Shown piece after piece: positions 51,771 to 64,000 of a DNA stretch of 64,000 bases (within the stretch, counting starts at the first letter, position 1; each line of letters opens with the position of its first letter). The notes below the pieces were generated by a model. It made no database searches. It had not been told where the DNA came from and worked only from the letters and a program-made list of their open reading frames with translations. The position numbers and the translations under genes were made by a program. Source of the stretch: Chiloscyllium plagiosum (lineage: Eukaryota). The stretch lies in assembly GCF_004010195.1 (NCBI RefSeq), contig NC_057713.1, positions 29,147,319-29,211,318 of the forward strand, in the 5' to 3' direction.

Positions 51771-52059
51771 CCCATAGCCCAGAGAGTATTTTGTTAACCT
51801 CTCAAACCACAATGACTACTTTCCATACCATTGATTTCTATACATATATATTGCTATTTTCCCTCCCAATCTGATTCCTCCTTCATTGAACCCCCCCTAT
51901 CCTCTAGAGGTTATAGTATCACCTCAGTTAGCTGCCGTCATTTTCAATGCTGCTATTGTTTCGCTCACTATATCTTCATAGTATCTATTTTTCTATCTCA
52001 AATTCTCACTCCTGAACCTTCAACAATGTCATTATTATCTGTTGTAATTCAATTTTCCC

Positions 52060-53130
52060 TTTACCAAAAATGTAGAGTTTTGCACAAATGTGTCCATTAC
52101 AAAGAAGCAGGATGAATATAAGCTGCCCAATTACTGTCCATCGGTTTACTATCAATCATCAGAAGGTAAATGAAGGGGTCATCAACATTGCTAACAAGCA
52201 GTGTTTGCTCAGCAACAACTTTCTCACCAATGCTCAGTTTGCCTTCTGCCAGGGTCACTCAGTGCCTTACCTCATTGCAGCTTTGGTCCAAATATAGACA
52301 AAAAGTATGAGCTCTGGGGTGAGGTGACATCAAGGTCACTTTTGCCAGACTGTGGCATCAAGGAACTCATGGGAATCAGGGAGAAATCTCTCCACTGGTT
52401 AGAGTCATTCCTGGCACGAAGGAATATTGTTGTGGTTGTCAGAGATCAATCATCTGAGCTCTCGGGCATCTCTGCAGGAGTTCCTTAGGGTAGTGTCCTT
52501 GGCCCAACCATTTCCAGCTGTTTTGTCAATGACCTTCCCTCTCTCATGAGATTGGAAGTGGAAATGTTCACTGATGTTTGCACAGTGCTTAGCACTGTTT
52601 ATGACGCCTCAAATACTGATGAAGTAGTCCATGTCCAAGCAGCAAGACTTGGACAATATCCAGCCTTGGATTAACAAATGGCAAGAAATATTCACACCAC
52701 ACAAGTGCTAAGCAATGTCCATTTTCAGCAAGAGACAATCTAACAATATCTCTGCTATTCAATGACAATAGCATAAATGAATCCCCTGCCAACAATATCC
52801 CAGGAGTTACCATTAACCAGAAACTGAACTGGACAAGCCATGTAAATACTGTGACTACAAGAACAGGTCAGAGACTAGGAATCCTGTCATGAGTAACTCA
52901 ACTCCTAACTCCTGGAAGTCCATCTACCATTTACAAGGCACAGGTCTATAGTGTGATTAAATACATCCCATTTGCCTGAATAAATAAAATTCCAACCACA
53001 CAAGAAACTTGACACCATCCAGGACAAAGTAGCCCACTTGATTTGCACCACATCCCCAAATATTCTATCCCTTCACCATTGATGCTTAGTAGCAGCAATT
53101 GTGTGTACTATCTAGAAAATACACTGCAAA
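52060..53130 (+). mobile_element. LDIKAAF-type LINE, RT region, decayed
   Basis: AQFAFCQGHS, SAGVP*GSVLGP, MFTD, KLDTIQDK. Confidence 0.85.
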
Positions 53131-54856
53131 ACAAAAGTGGCCATTCATTCTATTGTTCTGGACTCACTTTGAAATTGAACTATTTCTCTGCATCCTATCT
53201 AACTAGTCATAAAAACTTCAGTTCACTCAATTCACCATCTCAGTTCATATAACATTCCTTGGAAATAGTTTCTGCATGTTTTCCAGTGCTTCAGTATTTT
53301 TGTAGACTGTGAATTTGAACTAGCAAAGAGCCTTATAAGAAATAAATTAACCTAGGACTTTGCAGTAAAGTAATTAAGAAATTATCTTGAGGAACAATAT
53401 GGTTGCATAAATTAATGAAACTAATTGATGACTTCAGTGATGATTTAAAAAGCTCAGAGAGATTGTAACGAGAGCACTGAGTTATTTCAAGGAGTTCTAT
53501 TTTTGAAGATGGAGACTTGGAAAGAATTACAATAAAAAAAACAAGAAACCATGTGCTGCCAGCCACTTGGGTAGTCTGCTTTGCTTTCTTTAATCTTGGA
53601 ATTCAGAGTTCCTCTTCAATGTTTGTGAATTCCTTACTCCTCGACATGGCTGCCAATTTTCCTAAGTCGTGTGTTTCCCAGTCCTAACTGCAGTAAGTTT
53701 TCAAAGAGTACAGAATCCCAATAAGCCAGTCAATTTACAGGTGGAGTGAAGTGAAACGTCAAATGAACAGTTATGTTTGTAAAGTTGCCTATATTTTTTC
53801 TCCTAATTCTTTTGTGCCTAAGGGCTGTGCTTTATACTGGTATCCTTTGATTGTGCTGACCTCCATATGGTTTTTGATAGTCATCTTTCAGCAGGTTTTT
53901 AAAAAATAAAAGCTGTCCTCACTCGATTCTTCACTGAATTGAACTCCTGTAGTAATCAGGGATAGGAACTTTCGTAACCGTTCCTTCCACTAGAAGGGAG
54001 CACTAAGGTGCCTACCTTGGGAATCTCTTAGATCATCTGGGCTCTCATTGCACAAGATCAGTTACCTTTCTTAATTAATTCACAGGAATTCGCACTACCT
54101 GATTGGTCAGTATTTGTCGCCTAAATCTGAGTGCCCTGGAGAAGATGCTGGTGAACTGCTTTCTTGAATTCTTGCAATCCTTTGGTTGTGAGGACAACCA
54201 AGATGCTGTTAGGAAGGGAATTTTTCAGTATGTTAGCTCAGCGACGCTGGAGGAACAGCATATATTTTCATGCCAGGATGGGATGTGAATTGGAGGGCAA
54301 CTCGCAGGTGGGGAAACTGTCTTGTCTTTCCGAAGGGTAAAGCTGCAGCATTGCAAGGTGCTGTTGAAGGTGCCATGTTGAGTTATTACAATGCAATTTG
54401 TCAATGACACTCTCTGCTTCCATTGTATGTTGGTGGTGCATGAAGTGAATGCTGAAGCTGTTGAATGTTGAAATCAATTCCATTCAGATTCTTTGGATCA
54501 GGAAACTTGTATCTCATACGTTCAGCATAATTGTGCATCAAACAGATCTCATGTGACTAAGAGAAAATCCACAAGAGAAAGTGATTACCTTTCTCAATGG
54601 AGAAACATGGCCAGTGTTTCCTTTGTCAACCCAGTTGAGGTGAGGAACACACCATTAGTGAAAACTTGAAAGTAAGCATCTCTATCAGTAATTAGGTTGA
54701 TGAATTAATGAGATTAGTCTGTTGGGTTTGACTTTGTCATGCCTGTGTATAAATCTCTATGTAACTTCACCACTTCATAAGTACAGACTACCAACAAGAA
54801 ATAATTCCATGGATAAGCATGTCAGTACATCATTGCATTGTATAAACTTGGTTAGA

Positions 54857-57800
54857 GACAAAAAAAAACTGCAGATGCTGGAATCGAAGTAGACAAGCAG
54901 GTGGCTGGTAGAACATAGCAAGCCGGGCAGCATCAGGAGGTGGAGAACTCAACGGTTTAGGTGTAACCCTTCTTCACGACTGGGGATGGGTATAAGGGGA
55001 ACTGCAGATAAAGGAGAGGGAGCGGGAAGTGTTGGGAGGGAGCAGGGTGGTGAGGTAGGCGTAGGTGAACACAGGTAGAGGGTATGGTCTGGTTGGTCAA
55101 TGGGAGGAATGAATCCAAATGGTAGCTGGAAGGAAGGATTGGTCAGAGGAATGGAAGGTGTGGGGGGTGATCTTGGAACTGAGTCGGGATGGGAAGGGAG
55201 GTTGTTTGAAATTGGAGAACTCAAGGTTGAGTCCTCCGGGCTGTTGGCTGCGCAGGTGGAAGATGAGGTGTTGTTCCTCCAATTTGTGGTCTGATTCATT
55301 GTGGCAATGGAGAAGGCCGAGGATGGTCATATCGGAAAGGGAGTGGGAAGGGGAAATAAACTGAGGAGTGACTGAGAGGTCAGGTCAGCCCCTGCGGGCC
55401 CGACTGAGATGCTTAGTAAAATGTGTCCTGAGTTTACATTTGGTCTCCCCGATGCAGAGAAGACCACATTGGGAGCACTAGATACAGTAAACTAGGTTGG
55501 AGGAGAGCAGGTGAACCTCTGTCTCACGTGGAAGGACTGTTTGGGGGCCTGGATGGAGGTGAGGGAGTGATGTGCTGGCAGGTTTTGCATCTTTTCCGGT
55601 TGTAGTAGAAGGTACCAGAGGGTTTGGGGGTTTGGTGGGGAGATTGGAGCAAATCAAGAATTGGACCTGGGGATTCGGGGTGGATTGTTGGGACCCCCAC
55701 CCAAAACCCACTCCTGAGCCTTGTCACATATTCACCAGCCCCCCTGACCTTGACCTCTTTCAGGCCGAACAGTCCATCCTCAGTAAAGGGCTCACATTCA
55801 TGACCCTCCCACCTCAATGAAGTCCTGCCATTGAGCTCATCTTCTGTCACCTCTGTGCCTTCTTCTTCAACAAAAAAACTCCCAACTCCCTCTGAGGAAT
55901 CCTTCTCCCACCTTCGACCTTCCTCCTCCACTTGGCCTTGTACCCACCCATACGTTCACCTACCTACCCCCCCCCCCATACTCACTCCTACCTCACGCCC
56001 TCCGAATGCGTAGCATGCCACTCTGCACCAACTCCTGGTTTGTCATGAAATACTTTGACAAAGGCTGAGCGGTGATAGTCTGGAGGATGGACTTTTATGT
56101 TGTCGAGGCTGAATGCCAAATCTCCAACACCACGTCCTACTTCCCCCTTGACCATGACCCCACCGTGACCCATCCAGGCAAAATCACTCACACCGTCCAT
56201 GCCCTCATTGCATCCGGTGATCTCCCCTCCACTACCTCCAACCTTTAGTCTCCCAGCTCCATACTGTCTGCTCCCTGAGATCCACAAGCCCAACTATCCC
56301 AGCTGACCCATTGTATCGGCATGCTCCTGCCCCACTGAACTCATCTCGTGCTATCTGAACTCTATCTCTCCTCCTTCAGACACTTTCCACCTACATCCGT
56401 GACACCAACCACACCCTCCACCTCTTCAGTAACTTCAAGTTCCCCAGCCCCCAGCGCTTTATCCTCACTATGGACATGCAAACCTTATACATGTCCATAC
56501 CCTACAAGATGGCCTTCATGCCCTCAGCTTCTTACTCTCCAACAGACCCATCCAGTCCCCTTCACCAATACCCTCCTCTGCCTCACCGAACTAGTTCTCA
56601 CCCTTAATAACTTTACCTTCAACTTTTCCTGGGACTGGGAGTCCAAGGGTGGCCATGGACACGCGGATGGGCCTCAACTCACCTGTCTCATTGTTGGCTA
56701 TGTTGAAAAGTCCCTCTTCAGTGCCTACACAGGTACTGTGCCCCAACTCTTCAGCTGTTACATCGATTACTGCATTGGCGTGGTGCCCTGCACCCAGGCT
56801 GAACTGTAGCAGTTCAACGACTTTGCCCACAACTTCCACCCCACCCTCAAATTCACTCAGTCCATCTCGGACACCTCCCTCCCCTTTCTTGGCCTCTCCA
56901 TTTCCATCTCCGGCAACAGTCTCCAGATGGATGTTTACTACAAACCCACAGAGTACACCTTCTTCCACCCAATATCCTGCAAGAACTCCATCCCATTCTC
57001 CCAATTCATCTGCCTCCGCTGCATCTGCATGGATGAGGAGGCATTCTGCTCCCAAACATCCCAGATATCCACCTATTTTGAACAACATGCTTTTCCCCAC
57101 TCTGGCTTCTAGACAGCCCTTCACTGCACTCTTTCTATTCCCCACCCCACTGCTCTAAACAGCAATAAAGACATGGTTCCCCCAAATGCAATAAAGACAT
57201 GGTTCCCCTTTTCCTCACCTACAACTCCACCAGTGTCCACATCCAATGTATTTTCCTTAGATACTTTCGCCGACTCCAACTAGACCCCACCACCAAGAAC
57301 ATCTTCCCCTCCCCATCTCTCTCTGCCTTCCACAAGCACCATTCCCTTCACCAATTCTTGGTTCACACCACTGTCTACACCAACTCCCCTGAACAGTGTT
57401 ATATCTTCTCCTGCAAATGTAAAAGATGCAAAAACTACTGGCACAACAACCCCTCACCTGCCTCTCCTCCAACCTAGTTTACTGTATCCAGTGGTCCTGA
57501 TGTGGTCTTCTCTACATTGATGAGACCAAATGTAAACATAGTGAACAGTTCACCGAGCATCTCAGCTGGGCCCACAGGGGCCGACCGGACCTCCCAGTCA
57601 CTCCCCAGTTTAATTCCCCATCCCACTCCCTTTCTGACATGACCTGAATCACATTGCAATTTGGAGGAACAACACCTCATCTTCCTCCGGGCAGTCTACA
57701 ACCCAGAGGACTCAACATTAAGTTCTCCAATTTCAAATAGCCTCCCTTCCCATCCCCGACTCCCTTTCCAGCCCCTCTTCCTCCCCTCCTTTTCATTCCA

Positions 57801-58030
57801 CTGATCAGCCCTTCCTTACCAACTGGATTCATTCCTCCAATCGACCAACCAAGTCATACCCTCAACCTGTGTTCAACTATCCCTACCTCACCACCCTGCA
57901 CTCCCCCATTCCCTTTATCTGTAGCTCCCTTCACACCTATCCCATTCCTGAGAAAAGGTTACACCTGACTTCTCCACCACCTGATGCTACCTGGCATGCT
58001 GTGTTCTTCTATCCTCCTGCTTCTCTACCT
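54857..58030 (+). mobile_element. Large Penelope-like element: inverted arm (~54857-55640, -) plus RT/GIY-YIG body (~55690-58030, +), pseudogenised
   Basis: RT motifs LPEIHKP, PIVSACSCPTE, LTMDMQTLY, ELVLTLNNFTFN, YID, VYYKPT. GIY-YIG-like LVYCI...CGLLYIDETK and LEEQHLIF on both arms. Confidence 0.92.
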
Positions 58031-58094
58031 GGTATATACTTGGAGCAGAGTGGGAGAAAGGCTATAGTACGTTAATATTAAAGCACAATCTTAA

Positions 58095-58325
58095 ACAAAA
58101 CAGAAATTGCTGGAGAAACAGAGCAGGTCTGGCAGATTCTGAGGAGAGAAAACAGAATCAACATTTTGGGTCCAGTGACCCTTTTTCAGAACTCAGAACC
58201 CGTCTGGAGAAGGGTCATGAGGTTCAAAACATTAACTTTGTTTCCTGTCCACAGAAGCTGCCAAACCTGTGGCGTTTTGACAGCAATCTTTGCTTTGTTT
58301 CAGATTCCTAGAATCGGCAATGCTT
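58095..58325. mobile_element. Short foldback of two older PLE-type arms
   Basis: ~58097-58193 and ~58203-58300 are diverged reverse complements (TGACCCTTTTTCAGA / TCTGGAGAAGGGTCA). Confidence 0.65.
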
Positions 58326-58829
58326 TAATGTTTGTTCCACGTGTAATCTCATTTTGAGTGGAAGTCCCTAAAGAATTCCTCTGATTGACTGATGATCTAG
58401 GATTTCATTATCTGTTCCTAATCTTTTGTAGTTCTTTATATTTGGGATTGTGGAAAAATCTGCAGATGCCATGAAGGAGGAGCAGTCAGCAACTGTGAAA
58501 AAAAACATTATGGTGACAGATGTGCCTTGAGGTGATGCCAAAAATAATTGACGTTTCTCAGAAGACACTGCAATTTTAGTTGGCTTCCACAATATGAATA
58601 CAATACATCAAAAGTACAGTTGGTTATCCACTGTGTAGAATGTAAGGTGGAAGGAAGCAATCCAGACATGATAGATTAATTAAATAAGTTAAATGATATG
58701 CCACTTAAACAAATACTAGTCTTAGAGATTTTTTCCAGCCTTAGTCCAATATTTCAGATCTAATGTTAATCATAACTTCTCCAGGGAACTTGTATAGCAA
58801 GTTCACACTTACTGGTGGGAAAGTGAGGT

Positions 58830-59125
58830 CCTAGTGCTATTGGCACTAATCTAGTAAAACCAATAAATTAACTAATGTTCTAGTGGTCTGCATTCAAATT
58901 CTGCCATGGTGGAATTTGAATCCCATAAAAGTCTGGAATTAAGGGTTGGGGGGGAAACCAATGTCTTTTTGGGAGGGAAACTACCATCCTTATATGGTCT
59001 GGCCTATGTATGAGTCCAGGTCCACAGCAATGTGCCACTTTTAGATGCCATCTGGGCAATTGAGGATGGGCAATAAATGCTTGCACAGCCTGCAATAACA
59101 GCATCCTATGAATTAATTTTAAAAA
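58830..59125 (+). mobile_element. tRNA-headed SINE, same family as 1720-2130
   Basis: TTCAAATTCTGCCATGG...GGTCTGGCCTA...GGATGGGCAATAAATGC. Confidence 0.7.
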
Positions 59126-60259
59126 GTAGCACAGATTCAATTAATGTCTTTAGCAAAGAATAAGGGATCCTTTGATATCAGTAATTAAGATTGGGTTAAA
59201 ACCTGAATCCCAAACTTGAAAGCAGAGTATCAAAGGAAGTGGTTCAGCCCATTGAGCATACACCAGCCTGTTAAAAGTGTATCATTCCCTCGTGCCAATT
59301 TCTTCCTTTGTCCTGTACTCTCTTACACGTTGTTGTTTTATCCAGTAGTTCATTGCATTACTGCATGCCAGTGACTTTAGAACAGTGTGGTCAGAGATAC
59401 AGCCCTTCAGAAGAAATACTGTAGGGCCATACTGTAGGGAATCTAATCTAATACTAAATCATGTAGCAAGGCAAACACATATACTTCAGAGCACTGCTAT
59501 TACCAGGTGAGGAACTGATTTTCCTGTTTCGCACTATACATCTGACCACCACATTTTGCTGATTCAGTATGTATTTGACCTTCTGCAATCTTGTAAGAAA
59601 TAAGGCAGACATGTATTCTTAAGTTAAACACATAAAAAATTAGTTTCATTCTATAGCCGTTCCAGATAAAAATATTATAAAATATGGAAAATATACAAAA
59701 AAGTGCCCCACTTCCCGGTAATGATTGCAAACATCCATACAGTCCCCAAACATGCAAAGAATAGAACTTTATAGAGTGTCGGGTGTTTACTTGGCAAAAT
59801 AACAAACAGATGAAAAGTAAAGTCAATGAAAAGTCACTGTGTCTGGATGTTTTGCCTTCATTGAGGCAGTTGCTTTGTAGCATTGACTGATGGAGCCCCA
59901 GGTCCTGGAACCACTGTTGTGAGGTTGAACTCTTCCTTTAAAATTCTCTGTTTGTAGAAGGGGTTTTTTTTCTGATGGGTTTTCCAACCATTTAACAAGA
60001 CTCACAGATTTATTTGGAGGGCTCAGTGAGAGAATGGTCACTGACTGCTGCCCTGTAGGGGGAGGCAGTGACATAGCAGTAATGTCATTGCATGAGTAGT
60101 TCATAAAGCACAGGCTAATCCTTTGGAAAATTGGGTTCAAATCCCAAGATGGTAGAACTTGCCTGGGATATAATTCTAACATTGACAATATCAGTATTTA
60201 TCAAACATTACTAGTAGACCAGGCAAATGGAAAAGCTTTAAAAACAAACAAAACATAAT

Positions 60260-60400
60260 GTCATAGAGTCTTACAGCATGGAAACAGACCCTTCGGTCTA
60301 ACCAGTTCATGCCGAACATAATCCCAAACTAAACTAATCCCACCTGTATGCTCAAGGCCCATATCTGTCCAAACCTTTCCTATTCATATATCCATTCAAT
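60260..60400 (-). mobile_element. CR1-like 3' tail
   Basis: Homologous to 62205-62345. Confidence 0.75.
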
Positions 60401-60409
60401 ATCTTTAAA

Positions 60410-61750
60410 AATTGGAAAGAACAAAAATAAAACTATATGGGTAAACTAGCAAATAATATAAAAATAGATAGAGCTTCTTCAAATACATAAAAAGGGAAAG
60501 AGACCAAAGTGAGCACAGGCCCCTTAGAGAAAAAAGCTGGAGAAATAATAATGGTGAACCAGGAAATGGCAGAGGAGTTGAATAAATACTTTGCATCAGT
60601 CTTCTCAGTGGAAGACTGTAACAGCATTCTAAAAATTATAAATCAGGGATAAAGGAGGGGAAAAAATAGATAAAACATCAATCACTGGAGAAAAAAAAAT
60701 GAATGAGAGAAACTAATGGAGTTAAAGACCACTAGGGCCTCTGGATGGATGGGATGCATCATATGACACTAAAGGAACTAACTACTGAGGTAATTGATGC
60801 GCTGTAGGCACTTTACAAGAATCCTTAAGATTCTGGAAATATGCCAGAGCATTGGCAAACTGCCAATGTAATACCTTATTCCAAATGGGAGAGAGACAAT
60901 AAACAAGTAAAAATAGGCTAGTTAGCTAACATCTGTTGTTGGGGCAATGTTACAGACTATTTTAATGAATAGCAGAGCATTTAGAAATGCATAACATGGA
61001 CAAGCAGAGTCAGTATGGCTTTGTGCAGGGAACCCATGTCTAACAAATTTATTAGAATTCCTTGAGGAGGCAACAAGCAGGATGGATAATGGGGAAAGAA
61101 GAAATGTAACAGATTAGGACTTCTAAAGGGCATTTGATAAGAAGCTGTGATGTTCGAGCATAATGGCATGGATAGAAGATTGGCTAACATATAGAAGACA
61201 GAGAGTTGGGATAAAGGGCATTTTCAAGTTGGCAAAATGTAACTAGTGGAGTGATATGGGGATTAGAGCTGGAAATCAATTGTTTGCAACACTTCGATGA
61301 AGGAAGTTATTGGCAAGTTTGGTGGTGATACAAAAATAGTGTAGTGAAGTTGATACAACAGATAAAGTGAGTGGACAAAAATTTGGCAGATAGAATATAA
61401 TGTGGGACAATGTGTGGTTATGCACTTTGGCAGAAAGGATAAAGAAACTGAATATTATTTACAAGGCAAAAGGTTGCTGAAAGGGAGTTGGGATTCCTAT
61501 GCATGAAACTCAAAAACCTTGCTTACAAATTCAGCAGGCAATAAGGAAGGCAAACTGAATGTTGGCCTTTATTTCAATGGAAATTGAGTATAAAAATAAG
61601 GGAGTCCTGATAAAAATATATAAAAATCTACAATGTTGTGACTGCTTTGGTCCCTTTATATAAGGAAAAATATACTGGTATTGGTAGCAGTCCAGCTACC
61701 AATTGGGTTGCATGGATGGACTTTGTCATGAGGAAAGGTTGAGTAGATTG
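60410..61750 (+). mobile_element. Old CR1-like LINE ORF2 relic
   Basis: SFFKYIK, MAEELNKYFASVF, PEHWQTANV, CLTNLLEF, CVVMHFG. Confidence 0.85.
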
Positions 61751-62202
61751 ATTAAAAACAAAGAATTGGATGTTGGCTATATGAAACACAAACAGAAAGC
61801 GCTGGAGAAACTCAGCAGGCCTGGTGACATCTATAGAGAGAGAAACAGAATTAACATTTTGAGTTCATTAAAGTTCCATACACACTGATTTCTCCCAATA
61901 TTTGCTTATGATAGGTGGGCTTTTGCACTTGCCAGAAGTAAATGTGATTGAGAAGAAACCTCTCATTGGATGAGTAGGAAACTGTGGAAGGATATGTAAT
62001 TGTCAGTGTTTAGGGGAGTTTTGTACTGAAAGGAGAGCTCAGAGTCTGGAGAAGCTGCAGGCCCGGAGTGAGGAGGATGTTACTGTTGGTGAAACAGAGG
62101 CCCAGGCCTCATATCTTGTTCCCAGTTGAGAAGAATCTCAGGCTTCGAAGGGGAGAGGAGCAGTGGTTGAAAGAGGAAGGTTTTGCTTAAGCAAAGTCCC
62201 AG

Positions 62203-63175
62203 AGTCAAAGAGTCATAGAGATATACAGCATGGAAACAGACTCTGCTGTCCAACTTGTCCATGTGACCAGATATCACAAATTAACCTATTCCTATTTGCC
62301 AACATTTGGTCCATGTTCTTCGAAACCCTTCCTATTCATATACCCATCCAGCTGCCTTTTAAATGTTGTAATTGTACCAGCCTCCCTCACTTCTTCTGGC
62401 AGCTCATTCCATACACACACCACCCTCTGGCATGAAAACGTTGCCCCTTAGGTTCCTTTTAAATCTTTCCCCTCTCACCCTAAACCTATGCCCTCCAGGT
62501 CTGGACTCCCCCATCCTGAGGAAAAGGCCTTGTCTATTTACCCTATCCATGCCCTTCATGATTTTATAAACCTCTATAAAGTCATCCCTCAGCCTCTGAT
62601 GCTCCAGGTAAAATCATTCAATCCTCTCCCTATAGCTCAAACCGTTCAACCCTGGCAACATTCTTGTGAAGCTTCTCTGCACCCTTTCAAGTTTCACAAC
62701 ATCTTTCCTGTAGCAGGGAGACCAGATTTGCACACAATAGTTCAAAAGTGGCCTAACAGTCACAACATGACCTCCCAACTCCTGTACTCAATGCACTGAC
62801 CAATAAAGGCAAGAATACCAAATGTATTCTTCTATCCTGACTATCTGTAACTCCACTTTCAAGGAACTATGAACCTGGACTCCAAAGTCTCTTTGTTCAG
62901 CACACTCCCAGGACCTTACCATTAAGTGTATAAGTCCTGCCCTAATTTGCTGTTCCAAAATGCAGCACCTCCCATTTATCTTATACCAACTCCTCTTGCA
63001 ACTCCTCGGCCCAGTGGCCCATCTGAACAAATCTCATTGTACTCTGAGATAACCTTCTTCGCTGTCCACAACACCTCATATTTTGGGGTCATCTACAAAC
63101 TTACTAATCATACATCCTACAGTCACATCTAAATCATTGAAATAAATGACAAAAAGCAGTGGACTCAGCACTGAT
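62203..63175 (-). mobile_element. CR1/HER1-like LINE 3' part
   Basis: Tail GAGTCAAAGAGTCATAGAG; antisense EQRDFGVQVHSSLKV. Confidence 0.9.
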
Positions 63176-63375
63176 CGTCCTAAACTCATGGTGCCATGTC
63201 CTGCTCCCAAATGCAGCATCTGATATCAATCTGGCAGGAGCCCCTCAGTGTCAAGGGAAGGTGAAAGTTGAGCCTGGCTCAGGTAAACGTCCTGTGTTCA
63301 TCTGACATCCTGCGATTATTTAATGGAGGTTTAATGTTTGAAAATCCCAATTTTTGTCATTCCATGTCCCTTAAT

Positions 63376-63378
<3 letters not shown>

Positions 63379-63442
<64 letters not shown>
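63379..63442. repeat. (TG)n microsatellite, ~32 units
   Basis: Directly visible. Confidence 0.99.
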
Positions 63443-63443
<1 letters not shown>

Positions 63444-64000
63444 CCAGACCCCTGTATCTTTGGGTTCATCTATGCCTTTACTTTCATACTTATTAAGTTA
63501 TTAAACATTATTTGCTGGATCGTTGTATACTAATCACTGGAAGCTACTGATATACCACTGAACAGGCAAGGATATTAGCAGTATAAACGAGTGGGCTTGG
63601 GTTTGAGACAGTGATCAGGGCCAGAGATAAGGTTGGGAGCAGGTTGTGCTTCTTCATGAACAGGTACCACTGTCCTTTAAGGCAGCATTCAAGGGTGCAG
63701 CTGATGTCCAACATGTGTGTGTAACATTTGTGACATGCAAGTACGAGATAATAACCATTCCAATCAAAGAATGTCTAACAACTTACCCTTGTCATTTAAT
63801 TTCATGATCATAAATGAATCCCAAAAGAATCAACATCCTAGAGATTTATCATTGATCAGAAATTTTACTGAGCCAGCCCCTGAAATATTATGGCTAAAGA
63901 GCAGAGCACAAGTTACGTATTCTGTATCAAGGTACACTTTCTGAGTTTCCAGTTGCTTTTCCATCATCTGAAAGCAGAGAAACTGAACCCCCACCCCCAC

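Noticed and set aside
53984-54004. CTCF-like CCACTAGAAGGGAGC
   Set aside because: An extra base breaks the core spacing.
56348-57158. 153-184 aa ORFs as host genes
   Set aside because: Shifted or antisense frames of the decayed Penelope RT.
63268-63504. Cys/Val-repeat ORF
   Set aside because: Translation of the (TG)n microsatellite.

Overview
Repeat-dense, mostly non-coding vertebrate DNA. The repeat families (HE1/V-SINE-like, DeuSINE-like, CR1/HER1-like LINEs, Penelope-like elements) point to a cartilaginous fish, probably a shark; this is an inference from recalled consensus sequences, not a database search. No intact host protein-coding gene was recognised, and most listed ORFs are broken retroelement fragments. 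Contents: many decayed CR1-group LINEs; at least three families of Penelope-like elements (PLEs) with inverted arms, 11-17 bp target-site duplications (TSDs) and hammerhead-ribozyme-like cores; Gypsy gag and pol relics; a solo LTR with two nested insertions; a 40-bp minisatellite built from a SINE A-box; and a CpG-rich promoter-like region at ~46.0-48.4 kb. The most unusual object is at 6736-7149: two inverted PLE arms enclose a head-to-tail pair of tRNA-Gly(GCC) genes with genomic-type spacers, inserted with a TSD into an older LINE. Boundaries of decayed repeats were read by eye and are approximate.
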